DNA of 64,000 nucleotides from an uncultured delta proteobacterium (GCA_963804165.1 CAWDPO010000002.1:213426-277425), one strand, 5' to 3'; positions 10,914-22,539 are shown, numbered from the stretch's first letter. Program-made: numbers and translations. Notes: a model not told the origin generated them from the sequence alone.

Positions 10914-11776
10914 CTAAACATTTCCATTTTCCATGACCTGCTCCAGCGCATCCCCAAGCATGATCCCCGTCATGTACAACTTGTACTCCGCACTACCCAA
11001 AAGATCATCCACCGGCCGGAGAAGCGCGCGCAGAGATTTTTTTCTTCCGTCACAATCCGCCTGGCGTCGCTTAGCGTTGCTCCTTTAATCTTTGTCTCAA
11101 GTTCCTTCAATCGCTCGGCTTTAGGTCCCACGCAACCGACCGCCAACCTGACCTCGTCGATCGCCCCGCTGGTCGTTCGTGCGCCCACCGCTACGCCCAG
11201 CGTCGGGCGCTGATAGCGATGAAGCCGCAGGTAAGTGCTCGTCATTCCGATGGGCAGCGGTGGAATCGCCACTTCTAGCAAAACATCACCCGCTTCGAGC
11301 GCCGTCGCATACATGTCCACGAAAAAGTCCTCCAGCGCGATCCGCCGCTCGCCTTTATCATTGCCAATCGTTACCGAAGCGTTGTGAATAAGCAGCACTG
11401 TGCCGGGATCGGAATGAGGATCGTTGAATGCCAAATTGCCACCGACGGTTCCTTGACTTCTTACACGCACGTTGGCGACCTGCGATTCAGCGTAAGCCAA
11501 CGCCGGCGCATGTTCGCGCACAAGCGCGCTGTTTTCGAGTGCATGGTGCGTCACGCAGGCGCCGACATGCAGCGTACCGTCTTCCATTGCGACGCGATGC
11601 AAGCGCTCGATCTTCTTCACGTCGACCAACACTTCCGCAGCCAATAAGCCGTTGCGCAGCAGCAACAGCAACTCCGCGCCACCCGCGTAGATCTTGGCCT
11701 TCTCGCCGTGCAGCGCCAGCGCCGCAGATGCTTCTTCGACGGTAGTCGGCTGAACTAACTGTAACGATCCTAGCAT
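10914..11776 (-). CDS. FAD-binding medium subunit, CoxM/XdhA family (C-terminal frameshift in A-run ~11040)
   Basis: IYAGGAELL, VRVRSQGTVGGNL..DP.SD; shifted frame gives ..PVDDLLGSAEYKLYMTG..stop at 10914. Confidence 0.88.
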
Positions 11777-11801
11777 CACAACCTGGAAAACGACCATCCG
11801 C

Positions 11802-11855
11802 GTAGGGGCAACCCCCCGTGGTTGCCCGGGATTGGGCAGGCACAGGGGCCTGCCG
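11802..11855. repeat. GTAG-type REP doublet
   Basis: GTAGGGGCAACCCCCCGTGGTTGCCC..GGGCAGGCACAGGGGCCTGCC. Confidence 0.7.
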
Positions 11856-11873
11856 CCAGGCCATTGACTACAG

Positions 11874-14182
11874 TCATTCGAATTTTCCCATCGCCCGGAG
11901 AATCTTTTCCGGTGTGATCGGCAAAGACCTGATCCGCACGCCGAGCGCGTCATAGACCGCATTGCCGATGGCAGGACCTACGGTCACGATCGATGTTTGC
12001 GCCATGCCTTTCGAACCGAACGGACCCGGACCGTCACCTTTCTCCAGCATCGACGAGTAAAAATCGGCCGGAATATCTTTCATCACCGGCAAGCGATACT
12101 GAAACGGGTCGCCGTTCTGGAATTGGCCGTCTTGATAAATAGTCTCCTCGAACAGCGCGTGGCCGAAACCCATCACCGCGCCGCCGTCCACCTGGGATTT
12201 GGCCGAGGGATGATGAATCGCTTTGCCGGCGTCGGCGATGACCGCGTAGCCGAGAATACGCAACTCGCCCGTGTCGCAGTTTACTTCCAGATCGATCGCC
12301 GCGCCGCTGGGCGCCCAGTGATCCATCCCCGCAAAGGCGGAGTCTTTCACCATCGGCGGCACACTGTGATAGCCGACCGCCTTCAAAACCACGCCGCCGC
12401 CGATCAGTCGAATAATTTCATTGATCGAAAAACTCGTTTCGCCCCAGCAAAGCCGTCCTTGAATCAATTGCCATTGCTCAGGCTTGCCGCCCTTCGCTTG
12501 CGCCGCCAACGCGAATAGTTCCTGCTTCAATTGGTTGCAGGCATTGTGCACCGCGTTTCCCATCTGCATCGTGGTGCGCTGGGCGCTCACGCCGGCAAAA
12601 GGTAAGCTCACCGCCGTGTCCGGCGTGCATACGCGAATTTGCTCTTGCGGGACGTCGAGGGTCTGCGCCGCCACGACGCTGAAAAGATTATGCGTCCCTT
12701 GGCCGATCTCCGGCGCGTTATGCTGGATCGTGACACTGCCACGGGCATCCATCGTCACCAGAGCGTAGGCCCGCCCGCCACCCTGGGAGCCGTGGCGCAG
12801 GCTGAGCGCCATGCCGCGGCCGCGCGCCCAGCGCGACACTCCGTCGCCGATCTTCGGCGTTGTCGGATTGGCTTTGCCATCCCAACCGATCCCGGCGATC
12901 GCCTCGGCCATCAGGTCGAGATAGTCCGTATCCATGCGCGGTGTGCCTTTACAGACGAAATCGCCGCGTAACAGCACGTTCTTTTTGCGGAACTCGTAGG
13001 GATCGATACCCATCTGGCGCGCGACGCTGTCCATGGTGCATTCGATTCCCCAAGTCGTTTGGATCTTTCCCGTGGCGCGGGTGTGGCCGGCGGGGACTTT
13101 ATTGGTGTAAACGCAACGCCCCTTGATGCGCAGGTGCGGAATGCGATAGCAGCCCCATGCGGAAATCACGGAATTATGCGCCGCGGTGGCGCCGCCGGTG
13201 GTGTATGCGCCGGTGTCGACGATGAGATCGACGTCGAGCGCCGTGATCGTTCCATCCGCTTTGACGCCGACCTTGGCTTTGAATACCTCGGCGTGGCGCG
13301 AGTTCTGCCGGAAGCTATATTCCGCCGAAGGCATCAACCGCACCGGGCGGCCGATTCTGCGTGAAAGTAACAGCGCCGCAAAGTGCGCCGTCGTCGGGAT
13401 CTTCGAGCCGAAGCCGCCGCCGACGTAGGGCACGCGCAGACGCACTTTCTCCGGCTTCGAGACCGAGAAAGTGCGCGAACTCGGCGGCGTCGCGCATCGG
13501 CGAGCTGGTCGGCAGCCAAACGTTCACTTCGCCATTCACGTAATGCACGAGACAGCCGCCGATCGGTTCCATCGGATGATGAAACATCGACGGCGATGAG
13601 TAGGTTTCGTCGAAAATCACGCTCCGCCTGGCGAAAGCCTTCGTCGATATCGCCCCAACTCAAACTGTCTTCCAGCAAAAGATTGGTGCCGCGCTCCTCG
13701 TGCAATATCGGCGCGCCGGACGCCAGCGCTTCGACCGCATCGAAGACCGGCGTCAGCGGTTCATATTCGACGTGAATCTTTTCCAGTGCGCGCTCCGCGC
13801 TCCGCAGGTCTTCGGCGACCAGGACAGCGACGAGATCGCCGTCGAAACGAACTTTGTCGATGGCGACAAAATCCTGGTCGTCGGTGATCTTTAAATGCTC
13901 GTGCGGCGCAAGCTTCAATCTCGGATTGACGCCGTCGAGATGGTCCCGGTCCACGATGCCCAAGACGCCGGGCATTTTTAGAGCTTCGCTAGAATCGATG
14001 CGCAGAATTCGCGCGTGGGAGTACGGGCTCAGCAAGGTCGCCCCGTACGCGGTGTTCGGCAGGTCCGGTAAGTCTTCGACGTATTGCGCCTGGCCGGTGA
14101 CTTTGTCTTTCAAGTCGATCCGCGGTGAGGCATGCCAAGAATTTTGGATTTTAGATTTCCGATTTTCGATTCTGGATTCCAT
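11874..14182 (-). CDS. Molybdopterin-binding large subunit, xanthine dehydrogenase family (two frameshifts)
   Basis: KVTGQAQYVEDL, SPYSHARIL, HHPMEP, PYVGGGFGSK, EIGQG, split over ORFs 13334..14182, 13315..13620, 11874..13445. Confidence 0.88.
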
Positions 14183-14253
14183 CGGTCACCCTTGCCGCCG
14201 TCCAACTTCCCCCTGGGATAGATGGGGTATTTGCTCACAGTTCAGAATGGGAG

Positions 14254-14482
14254 AAATCTCCCCTAGCCCCTCTTTTTCAAAGAGGGGTAAATTCGGCAGA
14301 AGAATATTTTCCTTGTTCTCGGGAGCAGCGGATACACTTTATTACCTCTCGTTAACTGTCATGTGGTCAGTCACTCGGATTGATCAGACTTCCCCCTTAA
14401 AAAAGGGGGATCGAGGGGGGATTTGATCGACTTCCGAAAGAAAGAAAATCTCCCCTGGCCCCTCTTTCTTAAAGAGGGGAAA
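14254..14482. repeat. Cluster of three CCCCTCTTT..AAAGAGGGG-type hairpin repeats
   Basis: Direct inspection. Confidence 0.7.
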
Positions 14483-14495
14483 CTTTCAAGATCCT

Positions 14496-16785
14496 TTATC
14501 TCTTATTAAGCACCTCCCAAACAACTCTGGGAGTCAGCGGCACAATCTGCAATCTTTTACCGATGGCCGCGAACACCGCGTTGCCCACCGCCGGCGCGAC
14601 CGGAAGAATCCCGCCCTCGCCCATGCCCTTGGCGCCGTAGGGTCCGGGACCGCCTTGTCCCTCCATGATGAAAGTTTTGAACGTCGGTGGAATGTCGTTA
14701 AACGTCGGCAGCCGATAATCGACGAGACTGCCGTTGACGAGCTGACCGTCCTGGTAAACGAGATCTTCGAACAACGCTTGACCGAGTCCGAAAACTGCGG
14801 CGCCTTCATCCTGCGCATGGCATTGCAGCGGATTGATCATTTTTCCGGCGTCGGTCAGCGACACGTAGCGCAATACTTTCACCTCGCCGGTTTCCACGTC
14901 GACTTCCACTTCCGCGGCGCCGAAGCCGATTTCCCAGAACGGCGAGGGGTAGCCGAGCGGGACGTTCTCGTCCTTGCCGATCTTGAAATAGCCGCGCCCC
15001 CAGATCTCCCCTTCCGTGTCGCGGAAGTGCCGCTGCATCACTTCGCGAAAGCTGAGCTTTTGCGCGCCATACGCGGCCAGGCCGTTCTCCAGGCGAATTT
15101 CTTCCGCCGGCGCTTTCAACACCGCGCTCGCCGCTTCGAGAAACTGCCGGCGCGCATCGCGTGCCGCTTTTTGCACGGCTTGCCCCATGATCGACGTCGC
15201 GCTGCTCGCATTGGTGCCTTTATCGAATGGCGTGTAGTGCGTATCCAACGCCGCCACCCGCACTCTTTCCGTCGGCACCGACAACTCCTCGGCAACAACC
15301 TGCAAAAAGGCCGTGCGCATGCCCTGGCCGACTTCGACCGAACCGGTGGACAAGAGCACGCTGCCGTCGTTGAAGATCGTCACCGACGCGTTCGCCGGTT
15401 TGTTGGTGCCGCCGCCGTCTTTCATCGCCGTCGCGATGCCGATGCCTATTTTTTTCGAGCCGGCGCGCTGTTCGCCGTTCGGCCGCGCATCCCAGCCGAT
15501 CGCCTGCGCCACGCTCTTTAGACCCGCTTTGAGATCGCAGTCGATGGGCGTGTCGCCGTGGGAAAAGCTCTCGCCCTTGTCGAGCAGGTTCTTCATTCTG
15601 ATTTCGAACGGATCGATGCCGAGCCGCTCGGCGATCATGTCGATGTGCGTCTCGTAAGCGAACGCGACCTGCGGTCCGCCGAAACCGCGAAACGCTCCAC
15701 CCGGAACCGTATTCGTGTAGACAGAGTAGGCGTTGGTGAGAAGATGCGGGATGCGGTACGGACCATGCGCGCGATATCCGGCTTTTTCCGTCACCGAAGG
15801 GCCGGAGTTGGCGTAGGCGCCGCCGTTTAAATAGACCTCGCACCGGCGCGCGACAAACGTGCCGTCTTTCTTCACGCCGGTTTTGAGCATGATCTTGGCG
15901 CGCGGCTGGCAAATCGTCTTGAACGTTTCGTCGGCGCCGAACGCGAGCTTTACCGGCCGGCCGATCATGCGCGATAGGCACGCCGCGATTCCTTCGGTCT
16001 TGATGCCGCTCTTGGCGCCGTAACCGCCGCCAACATAGGGAACGATCACGCGCACCGCGCTGAACGGCAAAGCGAAGACGCGCGCCAGCTCCTGGCGCAC
16101 CGGAAACGGGCTTTGCGTCGCGCTCCATACAATAAGCACGTCGCCTTCGAACTGCGCCACGCACACGTGCGGCTCCATCGGGTAGTGCTGCGCGCTGGGA
16201 AAACAAAAACTGTCTTCAAAGATCTGATCGGAATCGCGAAAGCCATCTTCGATATCGCCGCGCTCGTGACGAAAATGGAAACAAATATTACTGTGATCGT
16301 GAACGATGTGCGTGCCGCCCCGGCCGTAACCGGGATCTTTGCGTCCTTCGAGTGTCTCATGCACGAGCGGCGCATTTTCTGCGAGCGCCTCTTCGACCGT
16401 GTAGACGGCGGGCAGCTCTTCGTAATCGACGTCGATCAATTCCACCGCCGCGGCGGCGCTGCCGGGATCTACAGCCGCAACTGCGGCCACCATATCGCCG
16501 ACGTAGCGAACTTTTTCGCCGGCAAGAATCTGCTGGTCTCGGACGTAGGCGCCAAAGGAGTTGCTGGCGAAGATTTAAATTGTCGCGGGTGAGAACTCCG
16601 AGCACTCCCGGCACCGCCCTCGCCTTGGCGCAATCGATCCGGCGAATCCGCGCATGCGGTACTGTGCTGCGCAGCACTTTCGCGTAAGCCATGCCCGGCA
16701 GTCGAAGATCTCCGGCATAGACGGCTCGGCCCGCGACCTTCTCCGCGCCGTCGATGCGCTCGAGACTCACCCCTACCGCGGACAT
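14496..16785 (-). CDS. Molybdopterin-binding large subunit, xanthine dehydrogenase family (frameshift ~16570)
   Basis: MSAVGVSLERIDGAEKVAG..., HYPMEP, YVGGGYGAK, AFRGFG, EVGQG, GAKGMGE. Confidence 0.9.
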
Positions 16786-16915
16786 CGCTTTGCCTCTTTC
16801 CTCGCCGCGCGGCGAACGCGCGCGCATTCCATGCAAAACGCCAACATTGACATTTCGCGAAGCCTTCGGCTAAGAATCGTAGAGAAACTCATCATGGGCA
16901 GAAAGGAACCGACCC

Positions 16916-17653
16916 GTGACCGAACATAGCAAACTGACAGCGCCAGAAGCAAAGCAAAAGGCTGAAGCGATTCGAAAAATCATCCTCGATACCTATCACC
17001 GTGAAGTGCAACCATCACCGTTCTTCAATGATCTACGTGCGGGCAACTTATCCCAAGCCCGGCTGCAGGGATGGATCAAGAACTGGTACTCCTTCGCCCT
17101 CGAAGTGAATACCGGCATGGCCACCGTCTATCATCAGTTTGTCGGCTTCTTCAAAAGACATCCGGAGTTGGAAGATCGCATCGCGCAAAAGATCGGCGAG
17201 GAATTCACCACGCCGGCGATCGGCGGCCACGCGCGCATGCTGCCGATTCTCGGCAAAGCGTTGGGCGTACGGGCCGACGAGATGATCGAATGCGAGCTGA
17301 TTCCCGAAGCGCGCGGCCTCGTCGACTTCTTCGTGCGCTCGTGGATCGACATCCCGCTCGCCGAGTGTTTCGCCGTGCATATGGAAGAAGAGATCTTCGG
17401 CTTCATCTCGCGGGATTTCCGGCAAAGCCTGCCCAAGTACGGCGTCAGCAACGACGATATGAAATATTTCCGCATACACGAAGAAGCCGACCTCGACGAA
17501 GATCACGGCGGCACGAACCAGGCGATCCTGGAAGTCGCGCTGCAAGAAGGCTACGGCAACGAGCGCGCCGGCTGGCCGCTCGAATACTGCGGCAAGATCG
17601 CCGTGCAGATGATCGGCAACTTTTACGACGGAGTCTATCGCCGTTTCGCGTAA
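16916..17653 (+). CDS. Heme-oxygenase-like diiron redox enzyme (TenA/PqqC/CADD-like)
   Basis: PFF..L.AG.LS, GEE..GGH, YFRIHEEADLDEDH ligand pattern. Confidence 0.78.
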   Translation: MTEHSKLTAPEAKQKAEAIRKIILDTYHREVQPSPFFNDLRAGNLSQARLQGWIKNWYSFALEVNTGMATVYHQFVGFFKRHPELEDRIAQKIGEEFTTPAIGGHARMLPILGKALGVRADEMIECELIPEARGLVDFFVRSWIDIPLAECFAVHMEEEIFGFISRDFRQSLPKYGVSNDDMKYFRIHEEADLDEDHGGTNQAILEVALQEGYGNERAGWPLEYCGKIAVQMIGNFYDGVYRRFA

Positions 17654-17664
17654 GCGAAACGGCG

Positions 17665-17762
17665 GTTCAAACCGTTCAACCGCTTCGCTCCGTTCAAATC
17701 GTTCAAAACGTCCGAGTCCCCGAACGGCTTGAACGGCTTGAACGATTTGAACGGTTTGAACC
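17665..17762. repeat. Inverted GTTCAA 9-mer tracts
   Basis: gttcaaaccgttcaaccg ... ttgaacggcttgaacgatttgaacggtttgaac. Confidence 0.8.
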
Positions 17763-17780
17763 AGTTAGTCAGGAGGTTAG

Positions 17781-18821
17781 ATGGATCACCCCAAAGAAAT
17801 CCAAGAGCTAAACGATCTTCTTCGCCCGCGTTGGGTTTCCGGTCTGTGGAATCTCGACCACGCCGAGCGCCCGTCCGATCCGAAGACGCGCGTGAAACCG
17901 CATCTTTGGAAGTGGCACGACGTTTACGACAGCTTGCTGCAAGCGCGCGACAAAATCTCCGTGGCCCGCGGCAGCGTCGAGCGGCGCGTGATCCGCCTCG
18001 TGAATCCCGGCTTGGCCGAAACTGAGATGACCAGCCAGACGATCCTGCTTTCTTTTCAATTGATCCAACCCGGCGAGGTCGCGCCCGCCCATCGCCATAC
18101 CATGAGCGCGTTCCGCTTCATTCTCCAAGGTCACGGCGCTTACACCAACGTCGACGGACAAAAGATGGTGATGGAAGACGGCGATTTGATTTTGACGCCG
18201 GGCGGCTGCTGGCACGAGCACGCCCACGAAGGCGACGAGAATATGGTCTGGATCGACGGTCTCGACGTCCCGTTCGTTCAAGCGCTGCAACAAATCTCTT
18301 TCGATCCGTGGCGCGGCCGCTTGCCGGTGACCGAGAGCATCGATCCCGCGACGTTCTACGGCATGACCCGCCCTGTGGGAAGCGCTTTGCCGGAAGCTCC
18401 GCCTTTATTGCACTACCACTGGCGCGATACCTATTCATCGCTGCAACGGTTAGCCAAAACATCCGGCACCCCGTTCGACGGCGCCGCGCTGGAATTTGTC
18501 AACCCGGCCACCAATGGCGCCACCTTGCCGACGATGTCATGCCGGGTGCAGATGCTGCGTCCCAACGAAAAAACAAAATCCCACCGCCACACCAGCACGA
18601 GCATCTATCACGCCTTCCGCGGCGGCGGCACGACGGTAATCAACGGTGAGACATTTCAATGGCAAAAAGGCGATACCTTCATCGTGCCGTTGTGGGCGTG
18701 GCACGAACACGCCAACGCGTCATCGACCGAAGAAGCGATTCTGTTCTCGATGCACGACGAGCCCATCTTGCGGGCGTTCGGATTGTACAAGGAGGAAGCG
18801 CAGGCCGGCGTAAGCCCATAG
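17781..18821 (+). CDS. Bicupin dioxygenase, gentisate 1,2-dioxygenase-like
   Basis: ERRVIRLVNPG, PGEVAPAHRHT, DLILTP..WHEH, DGLDVP, second cupin HRHTS..WAWHEH. Confidence 0.88.
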   Translation: MDHPKEIQELNDLLRPRWVSGLWNLDHAERPSDPKTRVKPHLWKWHDVYDSLLQARDKISVARGSVERRVIRLVNPGLAETEMTSQTILLSFQLIQPGEVAPAHRHTMSAFRFILQGHGAYTNVDGQKMVMEDGDLILTPGGCWHEHAHEGDENMVWIDGLDVPFVQALQQISFDPWRGRLPVTESIDPATFYGMTRPVGSALPEAPPLLHYHWRDTYSSLQRLAKTSGTPFDGAALEFVNPATNGATLPTMSCRVQMLRPNEKTKSHRHTSTSIYHAFRGGGTTVINGETFQWQKGDTFIVPLWAWHEHANASSTEEAILFSMHDEPILRAFGLYKEEAQAGVSP

Positions 18822-18857
18822 CTCAATATTGAACCCGCGCCTCTGGAACCTATCCAT

Positions 18858-19463
18858 TCATGAGCTGGATCCGCGCCATTCCAACGCCGTCTCCAACCGA
18901 TCGTTGCCCCAGAACAATTCCCCGTCCACGACGAAGTTCGGCGCGCCGAAGATTCCGAGCTCGGCCGCGCGCTCAGTGTTGGCGCGCAGGCGTGCTTTCG
19001 CCTCCGCGCCGCGCGCCGCCGCAAGTACCGCTGCCGGATCATCGACCAATCCAGCTAGACAGTTGGACAGGACGGTCGGTTCGGCAATGTCCAAATCTTC
19101 GGTGAAATTTGCCCTGTAAACTCTCCGCGCAAACTCCGATACCCACGTCTTCTGTTCAGATAAGCAAGCGATCCGCGCTGCCAGCAAGCTGTTCCGGGGA
19201 AAGCGCGATGGCTTACGAAACGGCAGGCTCGAGGCGGCGCAAAGCCTTTCCAGGTCGCGCCACATGTAGCGCCCTTTGACCGGGTAGATGTTGAACGGCG
19301 AGTCTTGCCAACCTTGCTTCTTAAAAATTGCGCCAAGAAAAAAACAACGCCATCGCACGATAGATCCGTGACTTTTAGCGAGCTCTTCGATTCGCATCGC
19401 CGCCGGGTATGAGTACGTGCTGGCGAACTCAAACCAGAACTCGATTATTTTCGCTGTGCTCAT
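18858..19463 (-). CDS. 2-hydroxychromene-2-carboxylate isomerase / DsbA-like (GST kappa)
   Basis: IEFWFEFASTYSY, KGRYMWRDLER, GIFGAPNFVVDGELFWGNDRL. Confidence 0.9.
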   Translation of the reverse strand: MSTAKIIEFWFEFASTYSYPAAMRIEELAKSHGSIVRWRCFFLGAIFKKQGWQDSPFNIYPVKGRYMWRDLERLCAASSLPFRKPSRFPRNSLLAARIACLSEQKTWVSEFARRVYRANFTEDLDIAEPTVLSNCLAGLVDDPAAVLAAARGAEAKARLRANTERAAELGIFGAPNFVVDGELFWGNDRLETALEWRGSSS

Positions 19464-19693
19464 GATCAGGCCGAAAATTAGATTTTCAGCCGCGGCCGGC
19501 GCTAGAACTTCTTGACGGTTGCGGCAACCCAAGCTTGCGCGAAGATCCCGCCGCTTCGGCTCCACTCACGAACTGATTCGGCCGAGGTCGAATCATTCGT
19601 TCCAATTGGCGATTGCAGCATCGCGTAGCTCCGCGCGGACATGAAGCCCATCGCGTTCCGGCTGTGACCCGGGGTGCAAAATCTTTGTCGTCT

Positions 19694-20686
19694 TTACTTC
19701 AGCAGCACCAAACCGAGCGCCAAAAGCGCGGCAAACAATGCCGCGCCGGCCAGCGCGAGCGCCGCAAATATCGCGGTCCGCCACACAAGAACAGGCACGG
19801 GATTAACCACCGCTGCGGGACTGTCCGCGAACAGCGACTGTTGCATGATCGCCTTTGCCGCCATGACGTCTCGCGCCGCGTCCTCGAAATGTTGCTGCGA
19901 TATACGCTTGCCTAGGTCCGCGCCAGGTTCGGCGGCGGCCGCGGCCGCCGCTTTGATGACCGCGTTCTTGATATCGCCGCCGCTCACCACGTAGCGCTCG
20001 GAAAGCACCTTGAAGTCGACGTCGGGCGCCAAAGGCGTCTTTCTCGGGTGAATCTGCAACTGCCAGATCCGTTCCCGCTCCTCGACTCCCGGCATCTCAA
20101 AAAGCACATGGGTTCGGATGCGGCGCTCGAAGGCGCGGTCAAAATTGGCCGCTAGATTGGTTGCAAAAATCACGATCCCGTTGAACGCCTCCAGCTCGCG
20201 CAGGAGCACGTTGATCGTCAGATTGCTCTCACGGTCATGCGCCGTAGCCACGCCCGCCGAGCGGCGCATCGCGATGGCGTCCGCTTCATCGAAAAAAAGC
20301 ACCGCGTTCTGCTCGGCTGCCGCGCGAAATGCAGCCGCCACGTTCTTCGGAGTCTCGCCCAACCACATCGACTCCGCCTGGGCATAGTCGACAACGAGCA
20401 GCTTCAAGCCGAGCTCATGCGCGATCGCCTCGGCGCAGATCGTCTTCCCGGTCCCGGGAGGTCCGGCAAAGTTAAACGCCAGACCGCGCCCTGCCGTGTG
20501 CCGCTCGCCAAGGCCCCAGCGCTGGAAGATCAGCGTGTGATTGCGCACCTGGGCGAGCGCCTGATCGAGGGTACGCCGCGTCTGCGGCGGCAGCACGACG
20601 TCCGCCAACGTGCGCTGCGGCGTGACCGTTTCGACCACACGCCGCGAACCGAGACCGGTCAAGAATGAAATCAACGGGCTAGCCAT
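19694..20686 (-). CDS. AAA+ ATPase with C-terminal membrane helix
   Basis: GPPGTGKT, LFFDEAD, IFATN, AFERRI; hydrophobic C-terminus. Confidence 0.88.
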   Translation of the reverse strand: MASPLISFLTGLGSRRVVETVTPQRTLADVVLPPQTRRTLDQALAQVRNHTLIFQRWGLGERHTAGRGLAFNFAGPPGTGKTICAEAIAHELGLKLLVVDYAQAESMWLGETPKNVAAAFRAAAEQNAVLFFDEADAIAMRRSAGVATAHDRESNLTINVLLRELEAFNGIVIFATNLAANFDRAFERRIRTHVLFEMPGVEERERIWQLQIHPRKTPLAPDVDFKVLSERYVVSGGDIKNAVIKAAAAAAAEPGADLGKRISQQHFEDAARDVMAAKAIMQQSLFADSPAAVVNPVPVLVWRTAIFAALALAGAALFAALLALGLVLLK

Positions 20687-20855
20687 TCAATTATTTTATC
20701 ATTTCACGCGGCGATCTCACACCCGCAGGCTAACGATGCGTTGGCGGTCTTCTCCCGTCACGTGGCCCGATGTAGGCCGGGACAACTTGTGGGCAAAAAA
20801 AGCGCAGCGTGAGCAGGGAATATTGAAAGAGAAAACTGTCCGAGACCCGTTCTGC

Positions 20856-21821
20856 TTATTTTCCCAACTCACGATTTATTTCTTCGACGATGCTGAAGTC
20901 AAAGACACGGTCCAAGGGGACCTCGCCGGTAAACTTCACCTGCCGTTTGCGCTCGTTGACCAGCGTTTCCATGCCGACGCGGCTCAAAGTCCCGTCTTTG
21001 GAAACCCCTTTGATAAAGACATTGTACGTGTGCTCCGCGGTTTCCTGATCCAGGCGCAGCCAGGCCGAGAGCAGTCCGATCATTTCATTACGGTTGCGCG
21101 GGTCGTTGGAATAGCGAATGCCGCGCACGGTTGCCATCAAGAATTTTTTTAGGTCGGTGCGCTGGCGCTCGATCATGGACGTGGCGGTCGCCAAGCCGAC
21201 AAACGGCAAATCAAGTTCGTCGGCAACGTCGAGAAGAGTCTTAAGGCCGGCGCGCCGCGCCAGCACGACGCCTTGCGGGCCGAGCATCGCTGCGTCGATC
21301 TGACCTAGTTTGAGATGCTGCAATCTTACATCCTCATCGCCGATCGCCAGCACTTTGGCGTCTTTTTCCGGGTCGACATGGTATTTTCTCAGAATCAACG
21401 TCGTCAGGACGTGGGTGCTGGCGCCGGGAGCGTCGACTCCGACGATTTTGCCGCGTAGATCCGACACCGATTTGATCTGCGGCTTCACAACCAACGAATC
21501 CATCAGGCGGGTCGAAAAGTAGGCTACGATCTTGAATGGAAAGCCGCGCAAAATAGCGCCGGCGGCAGTCCCCGTAGCGGTGGTGTATTGGATTTCACCG
21601 TTCGTCAGAGCCGCCGAAACGATGGATGGACGCATCATGATAAACTCGGGTTGAAGCGAGTCTTGCGTATAGAAACCTTTTTTCGCAGCGACGATAAGCG
21701 GAAAATAGCTCGCGGATGGACTCGGAACACCGACCCGCACCGGAGCGCCGTTAGACACGCCGATTCCGCCGCTCAATAAAGTCGTAACGGCAGCAATAAT
21801 TACGATGATGACTCTGATCAT
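20856..21821 (-). CDS. ABC substrate-binding protein, NMT1/THI5-like
   Basis: MIRVIIVII signal, DLRGKIVGV, GQIDAAMLGP. Confidence 0.87.
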   Translation of the reverse strand: MIRVIIVIIAAVTTLLSGGIGVSNGAPVRVGVPSPSASYFPLIVAAKKGFYTQDSLQPEFIMMRPSIVSAALTNGEIQYTTATGTAAGAILRGFPFKIVAYFSTRLMDSLVVKPQIKSVSDLRGKIVGVDAPGASTHVLTTLILRKYHVDPEKDAKVLAIGDEDVRLQHLKLGQIDAAMLGPQGVVLARRAGLKTLLDVADELDLPFVGLATATSMIERQRTDLKKFLMATVRGIRYSNDPRNRNEMIGLLSAWLRLDQETAEHTYNVFIKGVSKDGTLSRVGMETLVNERKRQVKFTGEVPLDRVFDFSIVEEINRELGK

Positions 21822-21933
21822 AAGATCTCCGAGAATCTTCACACTGACGCAGAAAATTGGCATCACAGCGTCTTCGCTCCGCGACTCACAATTTGAACCC
21901 TTTGAACGCCTTGAACGTTTTGAACAGCCTTTT

Positions 21934-22539
21934 TCAGATATGCGTGTAGCGTGGTCGCAGGATCTGCACACCCTCGCTGTTTTCGATATACCGGGCAAAA
22001 CGGTACTTGCCCTCCTTGCCATCGAGTGTGAGGGTCGGCAGCTTGTCCACGCTGCCTTTCTCCACTTTGGCAACAATGAAATAATGTCCCGGATTGTTGA
22101 CTGCTCGGCGCGCGGTGGATTCGAATTCGGCCACTGTGGTGACGACACTCGCGTTCACGATCCCGGCGCCGCGGGCGATGGCGGCAAGATCCGCCTTGCC
22201 GGCGGTCGCTGACTTTAAGCCGCCTCCGCCTTCGTAAGACTCGTTATCGAGCACGATATGGATAATGTTATTCAAGTTCTGATTCGCTAGATCGGCCAGG
22301 CTCGCGAGATTCAGCAACAAGTTGCCGTCGCCGTCGAGCATCACCACCTGGCGATGCGGCAGCGAAACGGCAACGCCAAGTCCGACCGCCGCGCACAGGC
22401 CCAAGTTGACTTGTAAGAGATTCGCATCACTGGGGCGCAGCGCGTTCCACTCGCGGCAAATCGGTCCGACATTGGTGACCACGATCGTTTTCGGGTCAAG
22501 CAACGGCGCCAAAGATTTCAAACATTCATAGCGTTTCAT
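21934..22539 (-). CDS. ThDP-binding decarboxylase beta subunit (sulfopyruvate decarboxylase ComE-like)
   Basis: LDGDGNLLLN..IVLDNESY ThDP motif; ATGA-coupled to the alpha subunit. Confidence 0.85.
   Translation of the reverse strand: MKRYECLKSLAPLLDPKTIVVTNVGPICREWNALRPSDANLLQVNLGLCAAVGLGVAVSLPHRQVVMLDGDGNLLLNLASLADLANQNLNNIIHIVLDNESYEGGGGLKSATAGKADLAAIARGAGIVNASVVTTVAEFESTARRAVNNPGHYFIVAKVEKGSVDKLPTLTLDGKEGKYRFARYIENSEGVQILRPRYTHI

Noticed and set aside
4082-16785. Programmed frameshifting or mass pseudogenisation
   Set aside because: Single-base indels, often in homopolymers, are scattered through otherwise intact genes; sequencing error is more parsimonious.
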